From positions 13,144,001 through 13,208,000 of the forward strand of contig OZ287761.1 in assembly GCA_965649765.1 (NCBI GenBank): DNA of 64,000 bases, written 5' to 3'. Positions 49,613-63,209 of this stretch are shown here, in pieces. The notes under the pieces are model-generated. The model was not told the origin of the DNA, did no database searches, and was given only the letters and a program-made list of their open reading frames with translations. The translations under genes and the position numbers were made by a program. How positions within the stretch are numbered: position 1 is the stretch's first letter; each line of letters begins with the position of its first letter. This stretch comes from Bispira polyomma (Eukaryota).

Positions 49613-50529
49613 TGGAAAACTTTGGAACAGTTTTGTACAAGCTCTGTCGAAATACTTAAATGCACATAGCTTTACACTGAAGTAAAACAAAAAATTCTTT
49701 TCACTGACTTCTATTCATTGACTAATATATCATTGCATCTATAAACTACATATTGGGCAAGCCCCCGAAAATAATAGGAGATTAATGGTATTCTAAGATC
49801 TTACTCAATTTAATTATTTTCGTGAAGTAATTGTTAATAAAGTAAAATGAATACTATAATGTTTAAATATACTTTAAACAAAAAACAATCTCTTACAGGA
49901 TATAAACCCATTTCATAAGACCATTAGCAAAAACATAATGTACACATATATCAAGTATTAGTATATGTGCACATTTTATTGATCTATAGATTGATAATCA
50001 ATTGACTATTGATTTTTCAATTGACTATTGATAATTTAAAAAATCACTAATCTCAACCCTACCTGAAAACACACCATTGAAAGCCTCAGACTTCCTGGTC
50101 TAGTGGTAACAGTTTGAAACCAATGTCAGCATATTTTTTTCTAATGTGTTTTATCTTAGTTTTTTTCCTCCATTACAACAATACCTTTTCGTAATACATC
50201 TTCACAGGCGATCACATTACATTCTCACGAAGAGATAACATTTAGTAAAACAGAAACAAGATTTGTCTTTTGAAAAAAAGACACAACCGTACAAATGTGA
50301 GAAATATTCATCTGACACCATTCAGTTTGGCCAGGGTCCATTGATTGCAAGCAATCTGTCAAAACTTCTAAGGTTGAAGCAGTCTTTTTTCAAAGATGGC
50401 GGCATCCTTTTCTAGAATAAAATCAGTATCCGACTGTGCTTGATAAAAAAAATACCCCCCCACCCCCACCCCCAGGCTTATATTATCCACTGTATGTGAC
50501 TTGAACATACTCAAGTGGATCAAACAGAT

Positions 50530-51055
50530 TGTAATTGTAATTAGACTTTTATCGTGCTTAATCTCCCCTTTAAGAAAGAGACTCTAAGGTGCAACGGCAC
50601 AAAAAAGACAGTAATCCAATTTCCAATATCAAGGGACAGAAAAAGGGTCAAGCACCACAGAGAAAAACAGGGGATAATTAGGACTAAGGTGGGTATGCTT
50701 TGGTGTACAGATGGGTTTTAATCTGTTTTCTGAAAGAGGCTAATGAGGTGGGTGCACGAATCAAATCAGGATGAGCATTCCAAATAATGGAAGCATCAAC
50801 AGCAAAGCTATAACCAAACTGTTTAACTGACTTTTAAGTAGACTGGTGGAACTTTGGAACTACAAGGAAATTACTACCATTCTGACTGTGCCTGGTATTG
50901 TAAGAACTACTGTAAGAAGAAATATATGGGGTAAAATACTTTTAAATAAACTTATAAACAAGTGTGGCTGTTTTAAACACTGGGCGCTGTTCAACAGGAA
51001 GCCAATGCAATTTCTTAAGAATAGGAGTTATATTGCTGTATCGACTGCTATTTGA
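50530..51055 (-). mobile_element. L2-like LINE 3' fragment
   Basis: LKKLHWLPV ... FGYSFAVDASIIWNAHPD...SFRKQIKTHLYTKAYPP*. Confidence 0.8.
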
Positions 51056-52099
51056 CACAATTCTAGCTACCTCCCCCCCCCAAAAAAAAAAAAAATAAAT
51101 AAATACATAAAATTTAGTACAAAAAATATTTTGCTAAATTGGGGAGTACCAAATGAAAAAAATCCTAGCTACTCTCCTGAGCCCCAAATAATCAAATAAG
51201 ATTTCCCATGGTGTGAGTGACCTTCTAAAAATTGTTTATAAGATCTTGGTTACAAAAGATTGATCTCTTGAAACCCCTCTTTGTACACAAAATTGAAACA
51301 TGATTACAACATCAGTATAGATGGCCAATCGCAATTGTCTAAACGAATCTATGTACCAGTGCATTTAGTATGAATCAATCTGAGAAACCAGTATAGAAAT
51401 ATGGCGGCTGATGTAAACAAATCTAGATAAAAAATGGCACATATGTGAGGGAATATTGGACAGTCAATTGGAGCGATCTTTGAAACACTAAATGGACGAT
51501 AAGTGTGAGGGACATTCTATAATTTCATAAAGGTATTGGAGGAAAACTTAAGGTCACAAAGGTTAAATAGATATTGATATTTCCACAATGAGAACACATA
51601 ATAAACTTTTATTATTTATTAAAAACGCTTTTGGGAGTAACTCAACTATCACTTACATAACAATCGGTGTTATTTAATACCTTAAAATTCACAACATATG
51701 GAGGAGACGCCCTATTTACAAATTTGTTTACTCCTGCAACTTATCTCAGGGGATTAAAATTGTGCCCTCTCTGGGATTAACTACAATGCTCATACAGATA
51801 ACTGTGTCTTGGGGGGTTGTCAGCTTTTACAAATTGATTGGGAGACCTATAGCATCAATAAGATTGACTAGTGATTTAAACAGTATCGAATATGTTAGGG
51901 GACTCCAGGTGGAGTAATTTCCCTAATAAAAATGTCAGTGTCAGAGGATCTGAGTCATGTTTCAGTGACATCGACAACATCAAGCTTGTTAGTTTAGACA
52001 AAGTCATAAAAAGGAGCACCCTTGTTTCTGATTGAACTGATATTTTCATGACATACATTCAAATTTGATGTAAAACCTCCTAATGAAGTAACTCTTCCA

Positions 52100-52520
52100 G
52101 GAAGGGAGTGTGTGGTGGTAATTTATTGGTGGATATTGATTTTTAGTTATGCCTTGAACTGATCAAAAGAGGCACTATTGACTATTTCCCTGTTGAGGTT
52201 ATTCCACACTGGTATTGTTCATAGGCAGAATGAAAATTTGTGGGCGTCACAGTTTGATTCAATAGTTCTATACTGCAGATTGTGTTTCTTTCTGGTGGAG
52301 GTGTATGGCCACTCCAGCTGCTCTTTTATGCCCACTGCCACTGTTCCAGCCAAGTTGTTGTAACATCTGTATTACACTGTGGCTCCAATCATAGTACTTG
52401 CAGACAAAACGTGCACTCATGCATTGTACCGATTCAACTGCCTTCATGTCTTTTTTTAAAGTAGGAAATTCCACACACATAATGTATATTCCAGCTTTGA
52501 GCGAACCAAAGTGACAAGTA
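52100..52520 (-). mobile_element. CR1/L2-group LINE 3' fragment
   Basis: VESVQCMSARFVCKYY..SVIQMLQQLGW and IPVWNNL motifs. Confidence 0.7.
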
Positions 52521-52559
52521 TGTTTAGTTACAATTGCATACTCAAAAATAAAAGTGACA

Positions 52560-53630
52560 GGTACGTTCAGTTACAATTGTATACTCAAAATCAAAAACAA
52601 TGAAAAGTAAGGAACCAGAGAGGTATGTTATAGAAAACACAGAAAGTAAAACAAAGGAAGACAGTGATAAATTTAAAGAATACATATAAGTATGATCAGA
52701 ATGGGAATGCTTAAAAAATGTAAAAGCAGAAGGTATCATTCTAAGAACAAATACGCATTGGATGAAAGAAAGGAGAAAAATACTGCATACTATATAAATT
52801 TCATTAAAAACTTGATCCTAAAAGACAAATCAGAAGTAACTAATACAGAAATGATACTTGTAGAAGAGAAATATTAAAAAAAGCATCTGATCACAATTGT
52901 ATTTAAAAAGATTTTTGAACACTGAAAATATTCCTTAGTTAACTTTTCCAATCACACTACTGAGCTATGAGATTACACCTTCAGAACAGGTCAAAAACCT
53001 AGGTGTCACTATTGACTGCTTCTTCATTTCTTCCTCACATTAACAATATCCGCTGCTCCTGCTTCTATCACATTCCGTACCTCAAAAGAAGTAATTTTGA
53101 TAAAGAGTTATGTGACAGGTCCTTAGCGTTAGGGATGAATGAAATAGAAAATGCTTAAGAGAAGTTAAAAAATGATAAGTCACCATGATTTGATGGATTT
53201 ACTACAAATTCTACAAATTATTATGGTCAGATCTGAGGGATTTATTACTATCTGAGGATCAGCCGAGGGGAGCTTTAAACCTAATGCCGTATTAAAATAA
53301 GGATCAAAGATATCTACAAAACTCATGACCTGTTACAATCTTGAATAGAGACTGTAAAATACTTACAAAGGTACAAGCAATAGATTGCAAATAGTCTTAC
53401 CAAAACTAATTGTAAGTTACCAAGTAGGATATGTCAAAGACAGATATATAGAAGAAAATGTCAGAATTATAGAAGACATTATGACATACACAGATTTGGA
53501 GCAAATACTTACTTGGAGCATTCTTATTGATTTCGAAAAAGCATTTGATAGTGTAGATTGGTCCTTTATCTTAAAATCATTGGCAGCTTTTAAACAACTT
53601 TTTTGCAATGGATAAAGACACTGTATACAG
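52560..53630 (+). mobile_element. L1/Tx1-clade LINE RT fragment interrupted by a short L2 piece (about 52930-53090)
   Basis: LPKLI..YQVGYVKDRYIEENVRII...LIDFEKAFDSVDW; insert reads PSEQVKNLGVTID. Confidence 0.75.
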
Positions 53631-55787
53631 ATAGGCATTAATACATAATATTGTGGTTTAATTATTGGGGAGTACCAAATAAAATTTTATTTAACAACAA
53701 GAATCTATGGTACTAATAAAACAAACAGAATAAACGGAAAATTAAATAAATTTTTTTTTTTTTCAAATTTTTTTTAGTTTTTTTTTTCTTTCTTGTCATT
53801 AAATTGGTACGCCTGGGCGTACTGGCGTTAATGGTAGCTACGCCCCTGTAAACAATAACCTTTTGATCGGATAATAGAAGGTTTATAAAATAGAACAGAA
53901 ATTTGGATAATTGAGGTTCTAATGTACAGTTTATTTATGCAAATTCAGCATTTTTACTTAGATTGTGCCTTGAAAAGGTTTTACTGGTTTTGCAGGACAG
54001 TATTCACATCCAAGCAATTGTTCGAGACATAGTACTAACCAAAGTTAAGTTAGGTTGTTACTATTGCAGGATTCGAGTGGCAATTTCCGTTAAGCCCATT
54101 TTAAATCTTTGTTGAGCACAATTGACTGAATGTTGTAGCTCTACTCAAATCTTATTTTGTTAAGTTAGCGATAATATGTAAAGTTAGACAAATAGATAAT
54201 CAGATTCCAGCATCTCTGTTGAATACAAAATGTTCAAGATTTTTTGGTAGAAACTTTGTGCTCAACGAAAAGTTTTAAATGGGCCTCTTAAAAATAAATA
54301 TGCTTAACAGCTAGAATAATTGCTTAATGCTTTGCCACTCGAATAAGCCTTATACCTTGAACAATTGCAGTTGGAGCAGGGTGGTACAGAGGTAATTTGA
54401 TGTTTGTTTAATACACACTTTACTGGACCAGTGACCAAATGGCTGTATCTATAGTAATACTTCACCTAAAATATTGGTTTTTGTAATGTCTTATTATGTA
54501 CCTTTTTATTACCAATTTCAACTAAAATGAAATGGTTATGAAGATGAATTACCATGAAGATAATTTTACTTAAAGTTGCACTGTTTTCACAATATTATAT
54601 AAATATTAATAAAATACCTGTTTTAAGAGTGGGGTTATTGATCAAATGCTCAAATTACAGTAAGTATAGTTAGGTGATACATATTATGAGATTACATATT
54701 CGTGACGCCAGATGAAAAGGTTTCTGATACTTTTTACAGAATAAAAATTAATTATATACCAGCTGAGAAAGTTTAAGTAGAAAGGAATTAAAAATATGTA
54801 CTATTTGGGAAATTGATGTAATATTTTTATCTTAGAAACTATATAGTCCACATGTATAACACATAAATGATATAAAAGACAATATATTCCAGTTTAAAAC
54901 ATATCTTACTGTAACTTGTTATGTATTGTAGTCATAATACAGAATATATTCAGATAATGCCACTAATATAACCTCCTCTCTCAAAATCATTTTTTGTTAA
55001 AAACAATTTATAGATATATAGACCGCTTTACTATATTTCGAGGGTTCCTGCTATACCTTCTTCTCGGATCTCGGACTCTCATCAGACTTTTGTGCTGCAT
55101 TTCTTATTGGTAGTACTTTGCAAATGTATCAAATGACGAAAAAATTACCAATTTTTCCCAAAATTTACATAATTCAAAAAGTTTTAGAAGGTAAAACTGA
55201 GGTGAGGCTAATACTTCCCTTGGGATGTAAAATCGCCCAAATCTTGGGAGGTAGCTCTAAAATCGCCTAAATCTTGGGAAGTATCTCTAAAATTACCTAA
55301 ATTTTGGAGGTGGCTATGAGATTGCCTATAGTTCCATAAGGTTGTCAGGTGAACATAAACGGATAAATTATGGTTTTCTAACTAAGTGTATATTAAAACT
55401 ATGATATTCATCATAAATTATCTTAAAACTATATGTTGTACCGTATTATAAGGGTATACCCTGCATTAGCACTTATAATCCCCTAATTGGGTTTCTTTTT
55501 ATGCTAAAGTAATTAATGTTGACACAGAATGAAGATAACAAGTTAGGCTCAAACATAAAAGGGATAATATATATGTACATGTATTAACATATGTGTATGT
55601 GGAGAATAATTTTAAAAAAAATAATTCCCAGGCTGTATATTGTACATTGGGCGATTTCTCCCAGAGTGTATAGCCTGCATTAGGCGATTTCTCCTAGCCT
55701 TCAAAAGTGTTTATTCTACATTTGGCGATTAGGTAAACCTTCTAGGCTGTATTTTGCCGATTATGCAATTTTAGGCAATTTCTCTCT

Positions 55788-56351
55788 ACACCCGTGGACA
55801 TTGATTGGAATGATAATACAGTAAATTTTAAAGTTACAACTTAAATAAAACAAAATTAAAATACAATTTCACTGGCATATATTTTGAAAGGAGCCCTGAT
55901 AATTTTATCCAATAACTTGGCCCATGTTAAACAATAACAAATATTTTAAAGCAATTTTATCCATTGGTAACCCAAAATATGATAATATGGATGCCAATTT
56001 GTTTTGGGGGCTTATTTTTTTAGATTTACTGTCACAATTCTTAGCAAATTGGGTTACATTGCCAATTATATAATTTAGAATAATTTTATAGGTATATATT
56101 TGTCATTATCATGAAGCATAGTAAAAAATAGCAAACTTTTCCAATCAATGTCCACTTTGATTTTAAAAATTTGAAGAAACTATTTTATTTCTAGAACAAT
56201 CATCAAATTGTTTTACCCTTTTTTATTATTTATTAAATTTGCTGTCATATAACCTATTTTATGAAGTACAAATACAAAGTAAATGATAGTTCTAAATAAT
56301 AAAATATCAAGAAAAACTAAAAAATCGTTCCAATTAATATCCACGGGTGTA
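55788..56351. mobile_element. TA-flanked MITE (TIR CACCCGTGGA)
   Basis: TACACCCGTGGACATTGATTGGAATGAT vs ATCGTTCCCAATTAATATCCACGGGTGTA. Confidence 0.6.
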
Positions 56352-57442
56352 TTTGTCGGCGATTTGTCCCGAGGTAGGCGATCGCTTCCGAGACTTAGAA
56401 GTAACCTCTATTTAGAGTTTTAGTGCGAACCAATAACAAAATGTATTTATTTGTTCATGTTTTTATCAAGTAAGCACTATAATATGTATGGTTGTGTGTT
56501 TAAATGTAATGCCATGGATAAAGAAAAGATTCTACATGTAAGTCTCAATTTGTGTGTCTGTACTTTGTGTTATATCATAAATTCACATATTATCGCCCCC
56601 CCCCCCCCCCCACAATATCCTTGCGGTGTACGGGGTGGGGTGGGGGAAGACAGCAATTCGTGGTGGACAGCATTTCGCCATTAATATGGTTATTACACCT
56701 AATCACTGTATAATATTCATTTTGAAGGAAATATTTTCGCATTATAATATTCATATAACATACACATTCCTACACCACAAATACGGTATATGGAATACTG
56801 TCTGCCTAAATAAATTTTAAATGAATTTAAAATACTGATACAGCTAAATAAACAGTGGTACTGCACAAAATTTGAGGTTGATGATTAGACAGTACCAATG
56901 ATTGGCTATTGGGCTGTATTGGGGTTTCTTTTCTGTTTCTCATACTATGTATCGTGCACATAAACTATTTCATAATATAATTATTATTGTTAATAAAAGG
57001 TATAGATAATATTTTAATGTCAATATTTACTATTGTTTGAAAATGGTGAAATGCTGTCCACTTCTAATCTATATTAACCCAGTGACTTTAGTTTCTAACT
57101 TGTGGTTAAAGTTCGTCAGAAGTACCTTAATATATCTGGATATGAGTCAGATTTATATGCAATGGAATGACCTCCACAAATACCAGTGAATTTGCCTCAA
57201 CATTATTTCCTTTTGCTCATATTTGTTAAATTTCCGTGAATTTCGGGCGAATCACTGTCCCCCCCCCCCCCCCCCCGTATAGCAATTTCCCGCTTCTTAC
57301 AAGTATTGCTCCACTATCAGTATGTAAATAAAGTACTAGGTTAAAGTAACTATTCTTTTCTTTATTTTATGGTCAATCCTTGTATTTTCGGCCTGCATCA
57401 TATTTTTGGCCCATATCAATTTTTTGGTTGTAAATAAATGTA

Positions 57443-58012
57443 GGGGACCATTTCAACACACTCACCGCTTCGAATCGGCTAGAGGGCCATTTTACACCCT
57501 CATATATTTGTATTGTCGTCTAGTTGGCATGGTCATTTTGACACCAACAACAATAATTATTTAAGATTTATTTAATAAAATCATTATTTAATGCTTGATT
57601 TTGACAAATAAGATACCATTTTAAAGTTTACAGCAAAAAGATTTCAATAGTACAAAAATTATAGCTAGTTTATAAGGTAAGTCGCTGTTAAAATTATCTT
57701 AATAACCATCTAAAAAATTTAAATCTAAATTTCATTAAATTCATTTGTAATTGCGATTTTTTGTGTATTTGTTCAATCCATCAGTTGTAACTATGGCAGA
57801 TGTCAGTTACTTGTGTTGTACACTTTAAAATGATACCTTATTGGTTAAAATCAAGCAGGAAATAGTGATTTTATTAGAATAAATCTTAAACATTTATTCT
57901 TTTGGGTGTTAAAATGGCCACGCCAAGTAAGCACTGGGCTTGGGTGTCGAAACGGCACCCTCTTAAGGTGTGCGAATTCGAATCGGCACCTAGTGTCGAA
58001 ACGGCGCGTAAC
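57443..58012. mobile_element. Non-autonomous DNA transposon with GTGTCGAAACGGC subterminal repeats
   Basis: Repeated CCATTT(C/T)..CAC motifs on the left and GTGTCGAAACGGC motifs on the right; long internal inverted similarity. Confidence 0.55.
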
Positions 58013-58772
58013 ATAGACACTAAATTATGGTCTGAAAATAAACAGACACTTTAAAAGTGTCACTTTTTCAATATTGGATATATTTCAAGTGAACCAGTAT
58101 CAGGTCATTTCGAAAATTTTGCTGTATGATGTTTTCGCTGCTGTTTTGATTGGTTCGCTGTAAATAATCTTTGACTGTTTTCAACTTAAACTTTCTCAGC
58201 AAATATATGATATATTTTTATTTCGTAAACTGTACCAGAATACATATTTATTTGGTTTGATGAATATGTAATCTGAAAATCTGTATCGCCTATATTTATT
58301 GAGATACATGCATTTATTTATTTGATATTCACTCTAAAAACTTGTATTTTTTAACAAGATACAGTCATTTATTCAATGAAAATTTTTGGGAAAAAATCAT
58401 AATATAAATAACGCGGAACTTGTAATTAAAATATCTAGCAAAACTCCTGACTTTAACAGCGAAATAACCATACAGCGAATCGGAAATACAGCAAAACCTC
58501 TGGACACCTTTTAAAGTTACTTTATTACATATCGAATCTCCTTTCAAAAAATTACGACAGTTACTGGTTATTGGTTATAATTAAATTAAGCAAATCCATG
58601 TGTATTACCTAAATTGCAAAAAAATGTATTGTAAAATGACATTTTATTGACATAATATTAGGGCAGCCATTTTATTAATTATTTAACCTGACTCTATGCC
58701 TATTTTTTCAAAACTGCATTAAAATAACAACAAAATAGAGATAAACAATTAAAAATTTGGTTAAATTCATCC

Positions 58773-59325
58773 TAGACCGAGTTTTCTGTCCTGGAATGCT
58801 TTGAAAACCTGGTTGTACGCATGGCGAGTCCTTTACTATACCAAATTGTTGTAAATATGTAATGGCACCTGATTCTTGCCTATAACAGACATAACAAATC
58901 ATTTGCCACGTAGTTTGAACTAGTTTGTGGTTATATTGATTGATCCAATAGACGTACACAATATTATAACTTATTGTAAACCTAGACCGAGTTTATCTGC
59001 TGTCGCCAATGCTTTGATATTCCTGATGGTTCGCATGGTGAGGGACATTTATGATGATTTGCTATTGTAAACAACTCTGTCTCCAACAGCCGCTCATCAG
59101 TAAAAAAAGCCATTTTGGCGACAGAGAATTCAGGCCAGGCCAACGTAACAGTACTTGTTTGATTAAATGTTGTTTTTTTGAAAATATTTCTGTATATTTC
59201 CCCTTGAAGAGAACATAATAAATGCTGTCAGATTTACAACAATTTCCTATAGTAAAGGACTCTGTCCCTCATCATGCGTACAGTCAGTTAATCAAAGCAT
59301 TTTCAAGGACAGAAAACATGCTCTA
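58773..59325. mobile_element. TAGAC-ended element with 9-bp TSD and a nested same-family copy (about 58983-59135)
   Basis: TAGACCGAGTTTTCTGTCC ... GGACAGAAAACATGCTCTA; flanks AATTCATCC / AATTCATCA. Confidence 0.75.
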
Positions 59326-59439
59326 AATTCATCATTAATATTACAGAGTTATAATTAAGAAAATATTTTGATACATTTTTGATTTAATAAAAATATTGTT
59401 ATATTATCACGTTGAAATTATGGGATGCCTGACCTAAAG

Positions 59440-59720
59440 CCCCGGTTCGATCCTCGCCTGCGGCCTGGAGATTGTACCCTTGGACAAGGTGCCTTACACA
59501 AAGTTGTCCCTCTCTACCCAGGTGTATAATTGGGTACCTGCCACCTGGCCACTAATGGGTGTTAGTCTTTGTGCACCGCATGTGGCAGCACGGCTAGTAT
59601 TAAGCTTCCTCAGGGACTAACCAATTTGTTGACAAGTGGAAGGATCCATGTTGGGGGTGTAAACTGTAAAGTCGGCTGAGACCTCAACAGAGGTGATATC
59701 AGACTATAAACCTACTCAAA
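59440..59720 (+). mobile_element. tRNA-derived CORE/Deu-type SINE
   Basis: B box GGTTCGATCC at about 59443; CORE-like TGTACCCTTGGACAAGG; CTCTACCCAGGTGTATAATTGGGTACC central domain. Confidence 0.75.
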
Positions 59721-60879
59721 TTTACATTCTGTTTTTAACCAAGATATATAGGTAATGCAAAATCTGGCACTTACCAGCTTGATTTTTGTCTAAATCTTGA
59801 AATATCTTTTTTAAACGAATCTCAATCTGCATTATAACCTCAACCAACAGGGTTATATTTTGTCCTTGTCTATTGGTTTGATTGGTAGTTTGGTTTCTTT
59901 GTTGGCAAAAACTACTGAATCGATTTTAATCGAAATTTGTGGAGGCCTGGCATAAAAGCGGTTTACATTTTGTCACAGATAAGTTACAGTTCATTGTTCC
60001 AACATATGTGACTTTTTTTTCTTTATTAATCTTGATGTATACAGTGTGTACTATACATACGTTGACATAAACTGGTTCGGCATCATAAAGCGTGTCGATT
60101 CTTCTCTGAAAACCATAATAAAAAGTTATGTAGAGTACTGGTAGAGTGCATTTTCTCAATTTAGTGGGAGTTAAAAAGTGACCCACTTTACAACTACCGA
60201 CCCACTTTATTTTAACCCATCAAGTTCTTTTTTTTTAACTTCCAGAATACCAAGTACTTTATGTGATGGTTTTGTTTTAACCGCTAAGACCAAACAAAGT
60301 CAGGACGCTTTGTTAGTTTTACCACAAGACTGGCGATGATCTTATAAAGGTATGATCCAATTCTATATGTTTTATGTATTTGTTTTGGTTTTAAATTATT
60401 TTTCCAATGTCTTTGGTCATAGTGTGAGGGCCAGATTTATTGGTGAACGAACCAGTACTACAATTTGTATACTGTAAACCACCTGTCTGAGTAGAGCAAG
60501 GTAGAGTGCTGCGTGTTCACTGTTCAGTGTGAAAAGCAAATTCAGAGTTTAGTTTGTGATCAAACATTTTATGTCAAATCTGTGGTGAACTGAAATATGC
60601 TCAAATATGTCTACAAACTCAGTTCACCACAACATGCCCTGTTACCGATTACTATAGAAGATGCCTAATATATCAACTGGGCATGTTGAAAATCTATCGT
60701 ATTATATATCATATGTATGGAGAGTTTTACAGTTGTGTATATTCACATTTGTCTGGGCTATCTGCCATATTGTAATTGTAATCAGATTTATACTCAGCGC
60801 ATATATCTACCTTCATCTGGTATTAAGAGTGCTAATTAACCCTTTCCTGACTGCAACTGCTTCAGTTACTGTCATTCCC

Positions 60880-61132
60880 CTAACTGAAGAGAGGGGCTTG
60901 AGGACGACCATTTATCAACATCCACAAGGATCTTTAGCCTGCTACTGGGGATAGGACCCAGTGACGGAGGACTGCCATTTTAAATGGTCATCCGAGCCAC
61001 AAGGCAAACGTATATAAACATATTGCCCAAGGATGTTATCCCACCATTGAAACTAGCGGTCGGTACCAGGAATAGAGCCAGGGACCTTCTGATTATCAGA
61101 CCAAATCCTCAACCACTAAGCCTTGGTGGACC
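60880..61132 (-). mobile_element. tRNA-derived CORE-type SINE, degenerate
   Basis: Minus strand: GGCTTAGTGG (A box), GGCTCTATTCC (B box), CCTTGGGCAA (CORE). Confidence 0.6.
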
Positions 61133-61272
61133 ACGATGTTCACATAAATGCACCTCTGCAAATAGTGTGACTAATTTAGGTTGTTAATTTTATTGTATTA
61201 CAGATTGTGTAACGCAAACTGCGAAGAATTTGACAAGGATCTTCTTGGAAAATCATCATTCAAACTATGAAG

Positions 61273-62320
61273 GAGAAATGTTTGACACAGTTTAAGAAGC
61301 TGTACAAGTCTTGTGTACACAAAAGCCCCCATCTGACATTTACAAACTCTAGGATGGTCACACCGTGGTGATGGATTGACGATGCTGTGTACTGGAAGTT
61401 TCAAGGAGACTTTTAACGTCTTGGTGGGTAAAACTTGCTTAATTAAAGGGGTAGTTCCGGTATTTTGGTATCGGCAATTTGAGCCCTCCTTAATCTATTT
61501 ATATCAAAAGCACTCCTAGACAATGTCTCTGACACATCCCTAATCTATTTATAGCAAAATGACACTTGTAGACCATGGCTCTAACACCACCTTAATCTAT
61601 TTATATCAAAGCACTCCTACACAATGTTTCTGACACATCCCTAATCTATTTATAGCAAAATTGACATTTGTAGACCATGGCTCTAACACCGCCTTAATCT
61701 ATTTATAGCAAAATGACACTTGTAGACCATGGCTCTAACACCACCTTAATCTATTTATAGCAAAATGACACTTGTAGACCATGGCTCTAATACCACCTTA
61801 ATCTATTTATATCAAAGCACTCCTAGACAATGTCTCTGACACATTCCTAATCTATTTATAGCAAAATGACACTTGTAGACCATGGCTCTAACACAACCTT
61901 AATCTATTTATATCAAAAGTTACAGTACCTTCTGGTACAGCCTACTATACCTCTAATGTGTGAATGAGCTATTTAGAGATTTTAGATATAATGTTTTATA
62001 ATTAACAACTATAAACTATTACTAGTTTAATTGTTATCAAACATTTAATGCTAAGTTCAGCTGTCTTTAGCTTTTCATGGGTACTAAAATGTTTGTTGTT
62101 TTTGTTTTTTTCGTAGCTGGTCATATTCATCTGAATATGACGGTGACTGGTTGTTGAGAAATGTTTGACACAGTTTCATAGCTGTACAAGTCTTGTGTAC
62201 ACAAAAACACCTATCTGACATTTGCAAACTCCAGGATGGTCCCATCATAGGTGATGGATTAATGATGCTGCTCACTGGAAGTTTCAAGGAGACTTTTAAC
62301 GTCTTGAGTGGGTAAAACTT
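61273..62320 (+). repeat. Direct duplication of about 165 bp (61273-61436 and 62156-62320)
   Basis: GAGAAATGTTTGACACAG...GGAGACTTTTAACGTCTTG..GGGTAAAACTT in both copies with scattered substitutions. Confidence 0.9.
61488..61919. repeat. Two-monomer minisatellite (about 51 bp), order A-B-A-B-B-B-A-B-A(partial)
   Basis: Shared CC(T)TAATCTATTTATA head; A = ..CACTCCTAGACAATGTCTCTGACAC, B = ..GACACTTGTAGACCATGGCTCTAACAC. Confidence 0.95.
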
Positions 62321-63109
62321 TATCAATTATAGGGGTGAGAGACTAGCTATGGTATTAAATGGTATTTTTCGCATCAATATCGCTGTGAATTTTTTTGGCC
62401 AGTTCCATTGAGCGATTGTCGAAATATCATAATTTGGTTAGCCTCAAACGTTTACCATTTAGTGATGTGCCCATATACATGCATACCACTTCCTGTAAAT
62501 ATGGCGGTAAACGTAAACAAATTTAGAAGTGCAACCAATTGCTTTATTTAGCAATTGAGCTATATGTAGATATAACATGACATAAAAATATTGTATTCTT
62601 TGTAGTTAGGAAAGGTATTTGTTCGATATTGATATCATAGATCATCCAACAATTTTAATGATATATGTGCACTTTGGTTCAGGTTTGAAAGAAATATTTC
62701 GATATTGATGTACAATACCGTACGTACGTTAGGCAGTAGTTCTGGTATCGGGCAACAGTTTGGGTGAATAACATGATGAAATAAAAAAGGCGGAATACAT
62801 GCTTTTTTGCATTATAATGTCAATGCTTATTGGCATAATCTTGCTTTCCTGGAGATAGAAAAGTGTACAGTGGAAGACCCTTGGTTACACATGTTTACGT
62901 CCTGTCAACAGGGTAATCTCTGAATCTGTAGGGAGTTGTGCTTTTATATTTGGTATATATACACTGTCTGGTCTGTAGTTGGTCCAAAATTAATTTTGCT
63001 TGATTATATGGGGTATAGTATAAGTTACTCAAGTTTTATATATTGAGATTGTCAGATTTGATTGAAGGGTCCTGTACCACACTAAACTGCATGACTCACA
63101 TAGTATTCT

Positions 63110-63209
63110 ATGTGTGTGTGTGTGTGTCTGTGTCTGTATACACTGTTTGGTAGAACAAGTGAATGACATCACAGCCTAGAGATCAAAGAGTTGTGTGTGT
63201 GTGTGTGTG
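63110..63209. repeat. (TG)n microsatellites
   Basis: TG runs at about 63110-63135 and 63192-63209. Confidence 0.85.

Noticed and set aside
59775-59833. EF-hand-like peptide IRLKKIFQDLDKNQAG before a strong CTG|GTAAGT donor, minus strand
   Set aside because: It is phase 1, so it cannot join the phase-0 CACNB exon. An in-frame stop lies shortly upstream, no partner exon was found, and the context is repeat-like.
61488-61919. CRISPR-like look (constant head plus 'spacers')
   Set aside because: The apparent spacers are only two recurring sequences, there are no cas genes, and the context is eukaryotic.
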